A DNA stretch of 64,000 nt from Octopus bimaculoides (GCF_001194135.2 NC_069001.1:18298569-18362568); one strand, 5' to 3'. Shown: positions 1 through 13,080, numbered from the stretch's first letter. Notes: generated by a model from the letters alone, not told the origin. Numbers and translations: made by a program.

Positions 1-53
<53 letters not shown>
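1..53. repeat. (AT)n microsatellite
   Basis: Pure AT dinucleotide run at the window start. Confidence 0.98.
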
Positions 54-56
<3 letters not shown>

Positions 57-653
57 ATATATACAGAAAAAGAGAGAGTAGAAGATGCAAAACAACTTAA
101 GATTGTATGTGAAGGTCTTCAATCTAGTTATTGTGTTTAGTCTCAATGTCAGTCCTGGAGTTTAATAAAAAGTATATTTCCTCATTCACATAGAATCCTG
201 TTTATTGGGTCAATAAAATACACACATTCACATAAACACACCAACACATACAATGCACATGTATATGTATGCAAACACACAGACACTATATATACACATA
301 TTTACACACACATGCAGACATTCACTCACACAGCACACACGTGCACGCGCCCGCACACACACTCACATACACACATTGTCATAGGCATTCACATACACAC
401 ATACATACACCTCCCAATCAATAAATATTTTTAGAAATAACAGAAAAAGGAGGCAAATTTATTTATTTTATGAATAATGGGATTGTTATTGTTTGTTTAT
501 TTTGTCTCTTATTTGTTTCATTTTTTTAATCTTTAATTCAGTTTTTTTTTATAATTTCAATATTTTGGCAAAATTACATGTGACGTGGATGAGTGGGTAG
601 GAAAGAGTCAATCAATTATTGAGGGTGGGCAATCTTTAAAAGGAAAATAATTG

Positions 654-691
654 TTATTGATGTTGTGTAGAACTCTACACAACATCAATAA
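654..691. repeat. Perfect 17-bp inverted repeat with 4-nt spacer
   Basis: ttattgatgttgtgtag (654-670), spacer aact, ctacacaacatcaataa (675-691). Confidence 0.92.
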
Positions 692-879
692 TGTATGGTT
701 AAATGTGGTAATTGTTGTATGCGGTGAGGGTTAACTGCACTATTAGTTACATTTCATTATATATAAGGGTATGATGGGTAAATTGTCGTCATTTTGTATT
801 TTTAATTTCGTGCATTTGCATTGTTTATTTTTGATTTTGTCGACTGCACAGTATAGTAGGGTCAGTTGGGCACCGTCTG

Positions 880-1535
880 TGAGAAAAACAGCTCCATGAC
901 GCAATTCACTCCACAAGAAATTTGGAAATGAAATGCTGTACTATATGGCATTCACGCTAGAAGCTCCAATATGAACAGAGGATGAACACACAAAACAACT
1001 ATTGACGTGCTGTGTCCCAAAATATGTACCGAGAGGAATAAAAATCAAATGTCTAGTCAACATTATGGTGTTTGGAATGATCACTAGTTATGGCTCCATT
1101 CACTAGTTATGGCAATGTTATGCCTCCATTCATCTTTCCACATGGCCTCGGACTAAAGACAGAGACCTACATCAAGTGCCTGGAGGACGTAGTGCTGCCC
1201 TGGGTTAATAGGGTGGCTGTTGGAAAACCCTATGTCTGGCAATATATGTCTGCACCATGCCACACAAGCAGGAGAACCCAGTCATGGCTGTCAGACAATT
1301 TCTGTGACCACACCACTGCTAACATCTGGCTACTTAACTCCCCAGACTGCAATCCCCTGCAATATTATGTGTGGTGGGCAGTTGAGCAAGAGACCAATAA
1401 AACTCCTTGTAAGACCAAAAATGAACTAAAGGCAAGGATTATGGTAGCAGTCATTAATTTAAACAAGGAAATCATCCAGAAGAGTTGCAGGAAATTCTGA
1501 AGTTGTGTGGTTGAAGCCAATGGCGATTTTATTGG
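880..1535 (+). mobile_element. Tc1/mariner maT-type (DD37D) transposase remnant
   Basis: ORF 1090-1500 reads PPFIFPHGL...WQ(YM)SAPCHTS...WLLNSPDCNPL(Q)YYVW. There are 37 residues between the degenerate second and third catalytic positions. Frameshifted upstream and truncated at the RTE. Confidence 0.8.
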
Positions 1536-1559
1536 GTTATGACCCTCTCCATAACTTTC

Positions 1560-3130
1560 ATCACCTGATCCAACCATTTGATACCTCTGAAATTATTTCT
1601 ATCTAACCTTTACCTTTGTAGCAGTTAACTATGATGGTGCTACACCAGTCATATTGGATATGGCTCCTTCATGTACAACCTGGTTAACTATACAGGTAAT
1701 TAGACACCATAACCCACACCTCCAGATATTTTAAGCATCTCAGCGGTTATTCCTAATGGGCCAAGGGCTTTCCTGGTTTTCATATCCTTCATGGCTTTAT
1801 CTACCATACTACTGTCTATTTAGATTGGTGGTCCTTCTGTTGGATCCACAATAGGCAGACTCCCCTTCTCCCATGAGTTCTCTACATTTAGTAGCCTTTC
1901 ATAGTGGCACTTCTAGGCCAGTTTCTTTGCAGAATCACTAACTGCAAGAGAACCATCATCCGTGTGAACACACTTCTCTCCAACAACATCACAGTTTTCC
2001 CTGGCACACCGAAACGTTTCAAGCTGCTAACGTTTCACCCCTGGCTAAGCATACCTGCCTCGTAGCTTCCCTTCTAGCTGCCTTATAGAGCTCCTTGCTA
2101 CTGCCACCCTCCCAGTCCCTCCAAGCCTGTTTATTTGCTCTAATGGCCTTGTTAACTACACTGTTCCACTACCATGTCACCCCTTGGTCTGGTTGGAACT
2201 TTGCACCAACCACAAATTTGGCCTGTGGCTCTCAGCAAGTTGACTCATAGGAACTTCCAGTTATTCTCTATGTTACTCCTCCTTATTAAATGCTTCAGTT
2301 TGGTTGTCTCTAAATCTGACTATTCAAAAGATCCTTAAGCTTCTTTATCCTTCTTTTCCAAATAGCTTGCTTCCTGGAATCCTTCATGCCTGTAGTTTGA
2401 AGTCACTAATGAGTAACCTATGCTGTGGGGTACATTCTTCTTCAGGAAAGGACTTTGCATTTATGAGTAACCATGAATCCCACTTGAGAATGAAATCAAT
2501 CCAGCTAGCATGGTCACTGGATTTATAGGTTATCAGGTGACTGACTGGCTTCCTGAAGTTAGTTTTGCAGATCATTAGGTCATTTGCATCACAGAACTCC
2601 AGCAGCCTCTTTCCCTCCTTGTTTCAGGAAGCAATTCCATGGCTCTCATGCACTGAATGGAAGACACCTGAATGTTGCCCAACATGTCCATTGAAATCAC
2701 CAGCCATGAAGATAAGGTCACTGTCATTTATCTTTGAAGTGGCCTGCAAAAGAGTGTCATAAAAGCAGTCCTTTTGTTCATTTGGCAGACCTGCTTGAGG
2801 CGTATAAGCAGAGATGGTTGTTGCTGTGCTATTCTGCAAAACTAGTCTAAGCTTAAGTACCCTATCACATACTATGACTACTTCAGTCACCTTATTTATC
2901 AATTTCTCTGCTAGGATTATGCCATCACTGTTGCCCTCCCAGAAAAAATTATACTTATGCCTTTTGCAAGTGAGGAACTTGGCTGAAGCTCCTCTCCACT
3001 GAACTTCTTGGATGCAGCACACATCAACACGTCTCTTTTCAAGCATCTCAACAATCTCACCAGACCTACCTTTCAATGTACCTACATTGACATTACTAAC
3101 TCTGGGAGAATATAAGGGGAGGCAGGCAGT
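1560..3130 (-). mobile_element. RTE-clade LINE fragment (APE endonuclease plus linker; RT missing)
   Basis: Minus-strand ORFs 2624-3262 (NVGTLKGRSGEIVEMLEKRRVDVCCIQE...AGDFNGHVG) and 2384-2575 (IDFIL...QHRLLISDF). Pre-RT linker GPPI..MVDKAMKDMKTRKALGP near 1750-1860. Confidence 0.88.
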
Positions 3131-3159
3131 AACATGGGTACATGCATACATACATACAT

Positions 3160-3864
3160 TGGCCCACAATGTGTTTGCAGTGCCAGTAGTCATACCAACG
3201 TTTGGGCTGCTTGATGAGATCTGAGCAATTGGTGAAAATCTGGAAGATACTAACAAGCACACATAATTTCCACATCAACAGTGACATAGAATACCTCTTC
3301 CTAAAACGAAAACAAGCTGGCAGAGGCTTAACAGTGATCCAAACTGACTTTGAATGTTGTATCATATCCTTTCAGCAACATCTTTTAACCACCAAGTGTC
3401 AAAGTGCATCCCTTGACCAAGTTTGCATACACGAGGCTGATAACACCATAAGACTTGGAAGGCAGTTCTTTGAGCAACATTCTTTGTCTGATAACCTTAA
3501 ATACATATCCAAAGAAGTTACACAACTCTTACCACAACATATCAGCAGATGAAAGCATGAGCTTATATGAGCAGAAGACCATTCATGAATATGTTAGTAG
3601 AAAGCTCCAAGATGATAGTAACATTGATCATTAAAACAATCTATCATGGACCAACAACTGGATTACTACCTCCCACTTTGAAGGGTATGTGTTTGCAATC
3701 CAAGAACAGGAAATATCAACCAAATACCTGATGCACAAAAGGGATAGAGATGTAGGAAAAGCAGTAAAATGTGACAACCAATGCATACTTTGTGGAGTTA
3801 ATACTGAAGATATCACCCACATCATAAGCAGTTGTCTGAAAATGTCATCATGGTATTATCTACC
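3160..3864 (+). mobile_element. R4/Dong-like (RLE-type) non-LTR retrotransposon, 5' portion, interrupted by a Gypsy element
   Basis: AVPVVIPTFGLLD, YLFLKRKQAGRGL, GYVFAIQEQEISTKY and CCHC finger CILCGVNTEDITHIISSC. The frame resumes after 8104. Confidence 0.85.
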
Positions 3865-4169
3865 TGTTGTAAAGTGGGTTCCTCCCACTGGTGTGATGTG
3901 TGCCTGCCATTGTATAGTAGTTGATGTTTTATGCTAGTAGCCACAATAGTTACTAGTTATTGGATACCATTGTTTCTCTTTGTACCCGAATAGTAATACA
4001 TTAACCTCTGTCTTACTATTGCTGATAGCTCTACAAGACACTGACTAGAACTGTTGATTCTCACCTCTTTGACTCTTGACCCTCTCTTGATGACCGGCTA
4101 CTGCTCTATTTATGATGGCTGGTCCTACCACGTTTTACCAGGAGGGGTATACAGTTTCACTATACAACA
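3865..4169 (-). repeat. 3' LTR (305 bp)
   Basis: Direct repeat of 7814-8104, about 15% substitutions by eye plus one indel of about 14 bp. Adjoins the PPT. Confidence 0.95.
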
Positions 4170-4181
4170 TCTCCCCTTTTA
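4170..4181 (-). other. Polypurine tract
   Basis: Minus strand TAAAAGGGGAGA immediately precedes the TG of the 3' LTR. Confidence 0.85.
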
Positions 4182-4572
4182 ATTATTTCATTTAACAAAC
4201 AATTTCTTTTATTTGCCCCATCTCCTCCTTTTTTCATATACTCAATATCTCTTCTTCTTTGGGTCTACTTTTAGGAATTCCGTGTTCTTCCTTTTCCTTG
4301 TATGTGTGGTTTTAACTTCTTGTAATGGTGTTGGAACCTGAAAAGTGTCATATAGCCAATTTATCAGTATTGGCTATATGTTGTTGGTTCCTCTTCTATG
4401 ACTCCTTAAACTAATTTCTATGTCTCCTTTCCATTCCATTTCTGCTTCTTACACCATACATAATTCTTCCTATGTATGTTACAATTTCTCCTTCTTCCCA
4501 GTATTTCTTGCCCTTTTTGTACATTCTTGCATATATCTAATCACTGATTCTAAAGAGTTTTAGTATGTCTTA

Positions 4573-4583
4573 TTAGCACGTTT

Positions 4584-4622
<39 letters not shown>

Positions 4623-6910
4623 GTAACAGTTTATCGAATACTGACTTCACCTTTCTGGCAAATATTAATTCTGCTGGTGAACTGCCTTCTGGCGCATTTG
4701 GGTTCAGAATTACTCTGCCTACCCTTAAGAATTGTTGGATCACAACCTCATCCATGGCTTCCTTATTAGCTTTCTTTAAAGCTCTCTTAAAAGTGTCCAT
4801 GAACCGTTCAGTCCTTCAATTTGATCTAGGGTGATATGGTGCTATAGTTTTATGTTCTAACATGAACATCTCACTGAATCTTTTAAACTCACAAGATACA
4901 AACTGTGTTCTGTTATCAGAGACAATTATATCCAGTACACCAAATCTTGCAAACAGCTTGTGTAAGAAGTTTATTATCGTATATGAGGTTGGTGATTTTA
5001 TACCTTGTGACCTCAGGCCATTTTGTGTAGCTGTCCACTACTATTTAATAATAACATCCATTTACTGGACCTGCAAAATCGATATGTAATCGGGACCGTA
5101 GTATTTTCAATTCCAGCCAAGGTTCACATTTCGTAGTAGGTAGTTTCACTGCCAGTGCACATCCTCTACAGCCTTTAATCAGGTTTTCAATTTCCTTGTC
5201 CATGCTTGGCCAATATTCGAAACTTCGCATCAGCATTTTTATTCTAGAGATGCTTGGGTGTCCCACATGAAACTCTTTTAGCATTCTCTTCTGTAATGAC
5301 TGTGGTATGACCACCCTCTGAGTGTACATTAGTACACCATCACATATAGAGTACACGCTCACACTTTAGCGGTTCTTTGCATCAGACCTTTTTTTATTTC
5401 CTTTTGTCGACCACAGTTTTCTTTTTGTCTCATTAATAAATTTGTTATTTCTTGCATTTCTTTTTATTTCTTCCAAAGTTACTGGTAGTCACGCACGGTG
5501 TTCCACATCACTTTTCTTGTTTCCACTCTTAGTGCTGCTAATATGGTGTCCTTCAGTGGTTCGTTATTTCTTGGAATTAACTTAGACAGAGCATTGGCAT
5601 GCCCCAACATTTTTGAAGGCAGATATTCCATTCTATAATTGTAGTTTAATAGAATGATACCCCACTGCTGCAATCTCTTTGCTGTATATGTCAGAATTCC
5701 ATTCTTGGACCCGTATATCGTTATTAGAAGTCTATGGTCTGTTTGTAACCAAAAACGTCTGCAGTGAATGAACATGTGGAACTTTTAAAAAACCAAATAT
5801 AATAGCCAATGCCGCTTTTTCAATCTGGCTATAGCTCTTTTCCACCGGCAATAATGTGTTTGATGTGTGTGTTATGGCCTTTCTCCTGCTATTGTTATCC
5901 TTGTGTAGGATCACGGCTCCTATCCCATACTCACTAGCATCTGTAGCTAGTATTATCTCTAACTTTGGGTTGAAATACGTAAGATACAAGTCTGAAGTCA
6001 ACACATCTTTTAACTCATTAAATGCTTTCTGGCATTTCTCTGTCCAAACCCATTTGGCATTTTTTTAGTAATTCATTAAGTGGTGCTTTACTTTATGTAT
6101 ATTTGGGATATACATTTGGTAATAATTTACCAAGCCTAAGAATGCTTGTAGCATTGTCATGTTCATTGGGGGCAGCATATTTTGTACTGCTGTCACTCTT
6201 GATGGGTCTAGTCTGTGTCCACTTTCGTTGATTATTTGACCTAAGTATTTTACTTTTTCCATCAAAAATTCGCATTTATCTTTTGTTAGTTTTAGCCCAT
6301 ATTCACTCATTCTCTTGACTACTTTCTTTATGTGTTCAATGTGTTGCACTTGAGACTCGCTCTTTATCAAAATATCATCAAGGTATGTAATGGCAAAGTC
6401 ACAATCACTTAACATCGCATACATTCTTTGTCGGAATATGGCGGGTGCCACTTTTACTCCAAACAGCAGTCATTTGAACTTGTACAATCCATGGTGTGTG
6501 TTGATTGTTAGTAGATGTGTGCAATCTTCCTCTAACTGAATTTGAAGATATGCCTCTAAGAGGTCTAACTTCAAGAAAATTTTCCCTCCGTTTAGTTTAG
6601 CAAATACTTCTTCTGGGCTTGGTAGTGGGTAATTGTGTGAGTAAACAGTCGTTTAATCTGGTTGAGAAGTCTGCACATACTCTTAGCTTTGTTTTTTGTT
6701 TTTTTGACGTAGAACACCGGTGCTGCTCAGTTTGCATGGTAGGCTTTCCAATCTTCCTAGTTCTTTATTGCCCTGGCCTACCAACACAAATGGCATATTC
6801 CATTTCAGCCTGAAAATAGGTGTTGAATTTTCTTTGTTAGTAATCCTTGCTTTTGTTTTTGTGCAACAGTCTAAACCTTCCAAAAAAACTTTGGGGAAAG
6901 TTTCTTTCAT
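4573..6910 (-). pseudogene. Gypsy pol (RT, RNase H, integrase), frameshifted
   Basis: APAIFRQRM...YLDDILI (6065-6451); ILATDASEYGIGAV...YSQIEKAALAIIFG (5732-6004); HVGHPSISRIK...CRGC and LHIDFAGP (5045-5362); SSPAELIFARKVKSVFDKL (4573-4800). Confidence 0.92.
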
Positions 6911-7800
6911 TTTTGTCTCAGTTCATTGATCTCATTCAATTGTTTCACTGCTTCGTTTGCATTATTGCACAAAATGCTTATGGGTGTATCCCATAAATTA
7001 AATTTCTCCATACATTCGGTACCAAATAAATTTATGGATTTTTCAACACATAAACATTCACTTTTTTGGTTCAACCTTTGAACATTATATTACAAATGTG
7101 TTCACCTGGGAAATATAATTTTCTTCCCATACACTATTTTGTTTGGACTACATAGTTTTTGGTTTACCCATTTGTTCCTGTTTTCTCATTTATGATTGTA
7201 ATGTCACTTCTTATGTCTAATTGATATTAGTGGTTTCAATTCTTACATTCACGAATTTTCTGTTTGTTGTAGTCACAACTTTTCCTGCTAACAAGCTATT
7301 CATTTTTTCTTGTTTGTTCCATTTTCCTATCATTCTAGTTCTGCAGTGTAATTTTATATGTCCTGTAAACCCTCAGCAAAAGCACTTGGCTTTTTTTTAT
7401 GGACAATCTTTTTTCAGTTATATCCCACCACATGCCATACATGGGTCTACGTCCCAATATTTTTTCTGTTTTTCCTGCAACACTTTATTTGTCTTCTGAC
7501 TTTTTTGCTCTGATCTTATGTGAAAACACTCTTTCCACTGAATTTCTTCTGTGTCACACTTTAATTTTAATATCATGTTATACTTTTCCTTGTTGTTGTT
7601 CTCGTTGTTCCTTGAGTTGTTGTTGTTGCTGTTTTTGCAGCTCAATTACCCCAGCTAACAAGTCTTCCATATTTTACGGTTTTCTTAAGTTTACACAAGA
7701 TTTTTGTTTCTTTTTTGTCGAGTTATTTAATTTTCCACATGAATAAGTTTAAACTCTCCATGTAAATGTTTTTTTTTTTCACTCTATGTAAATTTGTTTT

Positions 7801-7812
7801 TCCTCATCGCCA
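7801..7812 (-). other. Primer-binding site, probably tRNA-Ser(GCU)
   Basis: Minus strand TGGCGATGAGGA lies 1 nt from the 5' LTR. It matches the complement of the tRNA-Ser(GCU) 3' end as I recall it (TGGCGACGAGGA) with one CpG-to-TpG change. Confidence 0.75.
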
Positions 7813-7813
7813 C

Positions 7814-8104
7814 TGTTGTAAAGTGGGTTCCTCCCACTGGTATAATGTGTGACTGCTGTTGTACTATAGTTGCTGTTTTACATTAGTAGCCACAATAGTT
7901 ACTAGTTATTGGATACCGTTGTATCTCTTCACACCACAATAGTAATACACTAACTTCTGTCTTACTATTGCTGACAACTCCACCAGACACCAACTAGAAC
8001 TGTCAACTCTTAACCCTCCCTTGATGACTGGTTACTGGTCTATTTATAATGGCTGACTCCTACCACTTTTTACCGGAAGGGATATACAGTTTCATTATAC
8101 AACA
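7814..8104 (-). repeat. 5' LTR (291 bp)
   Basis: Paired with 3865-4169. Followed on the minus strand by the PBS. Confidence 0.95.
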
Positions 8105-8850
8105 CTACCGATGAGACATGATGCTGTAGCTAGGACATTGTATAATGAGATCTGTTGAAAGGATAACCTGAGGACAAAGAAATAAGAACCCACACTTTGG
8201 TGGAAGCCATAGCTACTCATAATAAAAAGGAGTACTGGTGGAATGTCCCAGTGAAAACCTCAATAAAATGTAAACACAATAGACCTGATGCAATGATTTG
8301 AGATAGAGAAGAGAAACTGTGTACAGTTGTGGAAATCAATTACCCTACGGATGTTAACATAAAGCTGAAGATCAGTGAAAAAGAAAATACCTACACTGAA
8401 CTATTGAGAAATATGCAGTTACTCTAACCAGATTACAAGTTCAGGTTTATACCAGTAATTATTGGGGCACTAGGATATGTAATGCGCTGCCTAAATAACA
8501 ATCTCAAGAAATTAGGCTTCTCAAAACCAAAAAGGAGAAAGCTGATTTGAAGCCTACAGATCCAAGCCATCACTGGAGCTGTAATAGTCTGTAAAACTTT
8601 CCAGAAGTTTATCATTTGAGTATATATGATCATGTCTAGATATGCAAGTATATGCATGAGAATACATACATAAAACAAAACATACAAATCTGCATGTATA
8701 CATACATACATACATACATAAATACATACATACATACAAAAATACACTGTTGATGATGTTGAAATTCCAATGAAGGAGCCTTGGATCTAGGTTAGAAACT
8801 GGTTCTTTCTCTATTGGCAAAAAATCTTGAAATAAAACTGAATAATGACC
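8105..8850 (+). mobile_element. R4/Dong-like LINE, 3' portion (restriction-like endonuclease and 3' UTR)
   Basis: YYLP|MRHDAVARTLYN continues across the TSD. Then WWNVPVKT..KCKHNRPD...EKLCTVVEI..P.D.NI..K..EKENTY...IPVIIGALG. Ends in (CATA)n. Confidence 0.88.
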
Positions 8851-9170
8851 CACATACATACATACATACATACATACATACATACATACATACATACATA
8901 CATACATACATACATACATACATACAGGCAGACAGACAGACAGATAGACAGATAGACAGAAAGAGAAACAGACAGATAGGCAGATAGACAAGCAAATAGA
9001 CAGACACACAGTCAGTTAGAGAGACAGTCAGGCAAACATGCACACAGATAGGCAAGCTGGCAGACAGTCAGACAGACAGACAAATTGACAATCAGGCAGA
9101 TATGTAGACAGATAGACAGACAGACAGATTGATAGTCAAGCAAATAGACAGACAGGCAGACAGACAGACT
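8851..9170. repeat. (CATA)n / (GACA)n compound microsatellite
   Basis: Tetranucleotide arrays read directly. Confidence 0.95.
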
Positions 9171-9671
9171 AGTGATTATAAAAGATTAAAGGCATCAATA
9201 ACAGTTGTTCCAGATTTTAAGTCCTGTTGTGTTGACTTAGGTTTTCCAGTTTGATTGTTGATGAAATAAATATGAATAATATAGGACAGCTAATGAAATT
9301 TATAACTTAGAGCTTTGTCATTTATTCTCAGTTGTATGAAAACAATGGAAGGTAAAACAACAGAGTGGGATATCAAGTTTAGTAAAGCTCAATGAACTTG
9401 TCTGTCCTTCAACCATTGAGGACCGACTCATGGCAACCAGTAAGACAGAAGTCAATTATGTTGTCTCAAATGCAGGGTGAAATGGTAGGGGGGAAACAAA
9501 CATTATCTTTTTGGGTTTTTTTCTGAAGCCTACATGCAGTGGAAAAGCTGGGAGAAAAATATAATCAAAGTTTTCCAAAGATTGTGAGAGATGAGATGCT
9601 AAGTTGTCATCATCATTATCATTGTTATCATCATCATCATTATTGTCATTGTCATCATCGTTTTGATAGGC

Positions 9672-9845
9672 ACAGGCATAGCTGTGTGGTTGAGAAGCTC
9701 GTTTTGCAACAATGCAGTTTCAGGTTCAGTTCCATTGCATGTCTCCTTGGGAAAATGTCTTCTGCTATAGTCTTGAACTGATCAACACCTTGTGAGAGAA
9801 TTTGGTTGTTAGAAATTGTGTAGAAGCCTGTTGCATACATATACA
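9672..9845 (+). mobile_element. tRNA-derived SINE (family A, ggttcagtcccactgcg...ttgggcaagtgtcttct type), diverged
   Basis: Aligns by eye with copies at 36532, 37540 and 43540-44001. Confidence 0.65.
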
Positions 9846-10029
9846 AGGTAATATCAAAAGCCTCCCAAACTAGTTCTGTAGCATGCCAACAGATGGTAGC
9901 ACACAGTTGCATGTGTAGTGAGAGCTAGCAGTGACCTTCATGAGGCAGTGTACTGAGTGACATCATTGTGTTTACTTCATAAGTTGTGAAATTTGTGTTT
10001 TTGTGATCACATGTATCTTGTAGTCTGTG

Positions 10030-10230
10030 ATTTTGTTATGGACAGCAACAAAGAACCAACGTCATATTTTGCATTAAACTTAGGAAGTCTGCTATGGAGA
10101 CATTGAACATGCTCCGGCAAGCTTACAGCAACAGGGCAATGGGCCTTACACAATGTTTCGAGTGGCACAAGCTCTTCAAAAGCGGGAGGATTTCCCTGGA
10201 AGACGATGAGCGATCTGGAAGACCTACCCT
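10030..10230 (+). mobile_element. mariner transposase N-terminal HTH remnant
   Basis: Frameshifted plus-strand reading MDSNKE...KLRKSAMETLNMLRQAYSNRAMGLTQCFEWHKLFKSGRISLEDDERSGRP. Confidence 0.85.
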
Positions 10231-10539
10231 TGTCTTCCATCCTTGTATATTTTGAAATGAACTTTAACTCATGCATTAAAATACTTTGTTGTGTTTCTTG
10301 GGTTTTCCCTAAGTTTTTTTACTGGTAAGAATTTATCAAAAATTGATTTTATCTTCTGGGCAAACATTAGCTCTGCAGGTAACTTGCCTGAACAGGTGTT
10401 CAGGGTAGGTGTTACCCTAAGAATTGAGTTAGTGTTGCATCATTGCCTAATTCATTTCCTGATTTCTTTAGTGTTCGCTTAAATGAACCTTTCTGCTTGC
10501 CCATTTGATTTTGGGTGGTATGGGGGAGTAGAGATGTGA

Positions 10540-12460
10540 TTGACTGCATATGTCTCACAGAAATTTTTAATTTCATACCCCAACAACTGCATTCCAGTAT
10601 CTGATACTATGGTGTCCAGGACACCATATCATGCAAAATGTTTTTGAAGGAACCTTATCACTATTTTCAAGGTTGGTTGACTGCATTTACATATCTTTGG
10701 CCACTTGGTATAGCTGTCTACTATGATCAGATAATATGCACCGTTTATCAGTCCAGCAAAATCTATATGTAGTTTGGACCGCGGACTGTCTGTCATAGGC
10801 CACGATTGGAATTTCACCGGTGGTGACTTTGCTGCAAGAGCACAACCTCTGTAGGAATTCACCAATTGTTCAATGTCACAGTCCATAGTAGGCCAATATG
10901 CATAACTCCTCATTACTGATTTCATTCTTGAAATCCCTGGGTGTTCCATATGAAATTAATACAACTCTTTGTACATACATCAACACATTATTACTCAGAA
11001 AAAATGGTTTGCATTTGTATAACATTTATTTTTATTTTCTTTTACCTTCAACAATTATTTCATCTTTGCAATGAATTTGTCATTCTCTGATTTTAATTTT
11101 ATATCTTGAACAGTTACTGGCAGCTTCCAAATGACATTACACAAAATGTTTTTTATTTCATTTTCCGTTCACAACATGGCAATCATGGCATTTTCAAATA
11201 GTTCCAGATATTTTGGAATTAGCCTGGATAAAAATTCCACATGGCCTAACCTCTTGGATGGCATATACTCCATCTTAAAGTTGTAATTCAACAATATCAT
11301 ACCCCAACATTATAACCTATTTGTAGTATGGGCAGGAATTCATTTCTTCAACCCAAAAATTGATAATAATGATCAGTGGTCAGTTTGTAGCTGTAAACTT
11401 CTATCATGTAAAAATCTGTGAAATTTCTTCATGGCAAAAATGATCACTAGAGCTTTCTTTCTCTATTTGACTATAGTTTTCCTCTGCCGCTATCAAAGAA
11501 CATGAGGCATGAACTACTACCTTCATATTACCATCTTTATATTTGTGTAGCATTACTGCTTCTATGCTGTATTCAGAAGTGTTAGAAGCTACAGCAATCT
11601 CTGCTGCAGGATTGAAATGAACCAGTGACAAATCGTCAAACACTTTAGGAAAATTATTTGACCAGTTCCACTTCACATCCTTTTTGAGCAAATTATTTAG
11701 TGGAGCTTTCAATCCATGCATATCTGGTATCTAATTTTGATAATAATTTGCTAGACCTAGACAAGCTTGTAAGGTGATTATATTAGTCGGAGGAGGCATA
11801 TTTTTAATTGTGTCTGCTCTTGTCATCTATTCCTGTCAATAATTTGTCCTAAATATTTAATTTTAGGTAAGAAAAATTCACATTTTTCCTCATTCAGTGT
11901 GAAACTGTAATCTCTTATTTTTTTCAAAAACACACTTTACTTGTTCAACATGCTGATCATGAGATTCACTTTAAATTAATATATTATCCAGGTATGGAAT
12001 TGAAAATTCACAGTTTGCTAACATTGCATCCATAACCTGCTGAAAAATTGCAGGTGCGACCATTAAACCAAATGGTAATCTGGTAATCTCTTATATTTAT
12101 ATAATCCTTTATGCATATTCACTGTTAGGAAATTCTGAGCAATCCTCATCTACTCTAATTTGTAGGTACACATCGGAGAGATTCAGTTTTGAAGATACCT
12201 TGCCCAATTTAACATCACAAAAATATCCCCTGGAGCAGGTAGTGGATAGTGATATGTCTGCAGACATTCATTCAAGCCAGTGGAAAAATTATTCTTTTTT
12301 TTTTTTTTGATACACACTGTTGAAGCTGCCCATCTTGGATATTCCACTTTTTGGATGACTCCAATTTCCTCTAATCTGTCTAATTCTTCATCGATATGTT
12401 TTACCACAGTGAAAGGTACCGTTCGTTTTGGTTTGAACACTGGATTTGTGTTTACCATAA
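10540..12460 (-). mobile_element. Second Mag-like Gypsy pol fragment (RT, RNase H, integrase), no LTRs seen
   Basis: PVFKPKRTVPF...WAASTV (12183-12458); LKAPLNNLLKKDVKW...YSQIEKE (11404-11721); HPGISRMKSVMRSYAYWP...CRGC...LHIDFAG (10629-10949). Confidence 0.9.
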
Positions 12461-12479
12461 CAAATCAATCTACATCTCT

Positions 12480-13080
12480 ACATCTCTTCACTTTCTCACA
12501 TTTCCTCCTTCATACACTATGCCTAGCTCTCACTCCCCAATCCTGTCCTCACAGCCCTGTTCCTCTGTATCATTGCTATCCAGTAGCCCCCCACCCCGAC
12601 TTTATATATACCCAGGTTTTCACCACTCACTCCCCGCCTCTGCACTCTTTAATCACACTTCCTTCACAATTGCCTGTCACTTATATTATGGTGTTCGAAC
12701 CTCACGGGTATGCCCTAGCACTTGCCATCATCTATCTCTTTCTTCCTTTACTCAACCATCCCATTTATATTCTGATCCCTGTCCCTTGTGAGTATGCCCA
12801 GCATTTTGCCACCATCTCTATCCTGCTGTCTACCACTCCTTCTCTCTCTCCTTCTCCTGCACTTCCCTCAGGTTGGGTAACCATGTATCTCCTTTGTGGC
12901 AGCACATCTGTTTCTGTCTTCATTCCTGATCTCTCTCTCTCTCTCTCTCCCAGCTGGTAACCTTGTACCTCCTTGTACCAGCAAGACACCTGTTTCTGTT
13001 TCTCTGTTTCACTATAACCTTTCATCATCCAACACAAGATCACCTCCTTCAATCCCCCTCCCCTCTCAAAAGAGATTTTT
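12480..13080 (+). repeat. Unclassified pyrimidine-rich interspersed repeat
   Basis: 12500-12800 matches the reverse complement of 35935-36240. Contains an internal diverged duplication (ggtaacc..tgta.ctcctt). Confidence 0.7.

Larger units (their letters stand above)
3865..8104 (-). mobile_element. Gypsy/Ty3 LTR retrotransposon (Mag-like), degenerate, with both LTRs and TSD
   Basis: LTRs at 3865-4169 and 7814-8104 with TGTTG...CAACA termini. TSD CTACC at 3860-3864 and 8105-8109. Internal gag, RT, RNase H and integrase fragments on the minus strand. Confidence 0.95.

Noticed and set aside
4573-4620. Poly-lysine tail on the integrase ORF
   Set aside because: Produced by a 33-nt poly(T) expansion in a dead element.
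12280-12960. 226-aa plus-strand ORF, the longest gap-free ORF
   Set aside because: Chimera of antisense Gypsy RT and a C/T-rich repeat that is stop-poor by composition.
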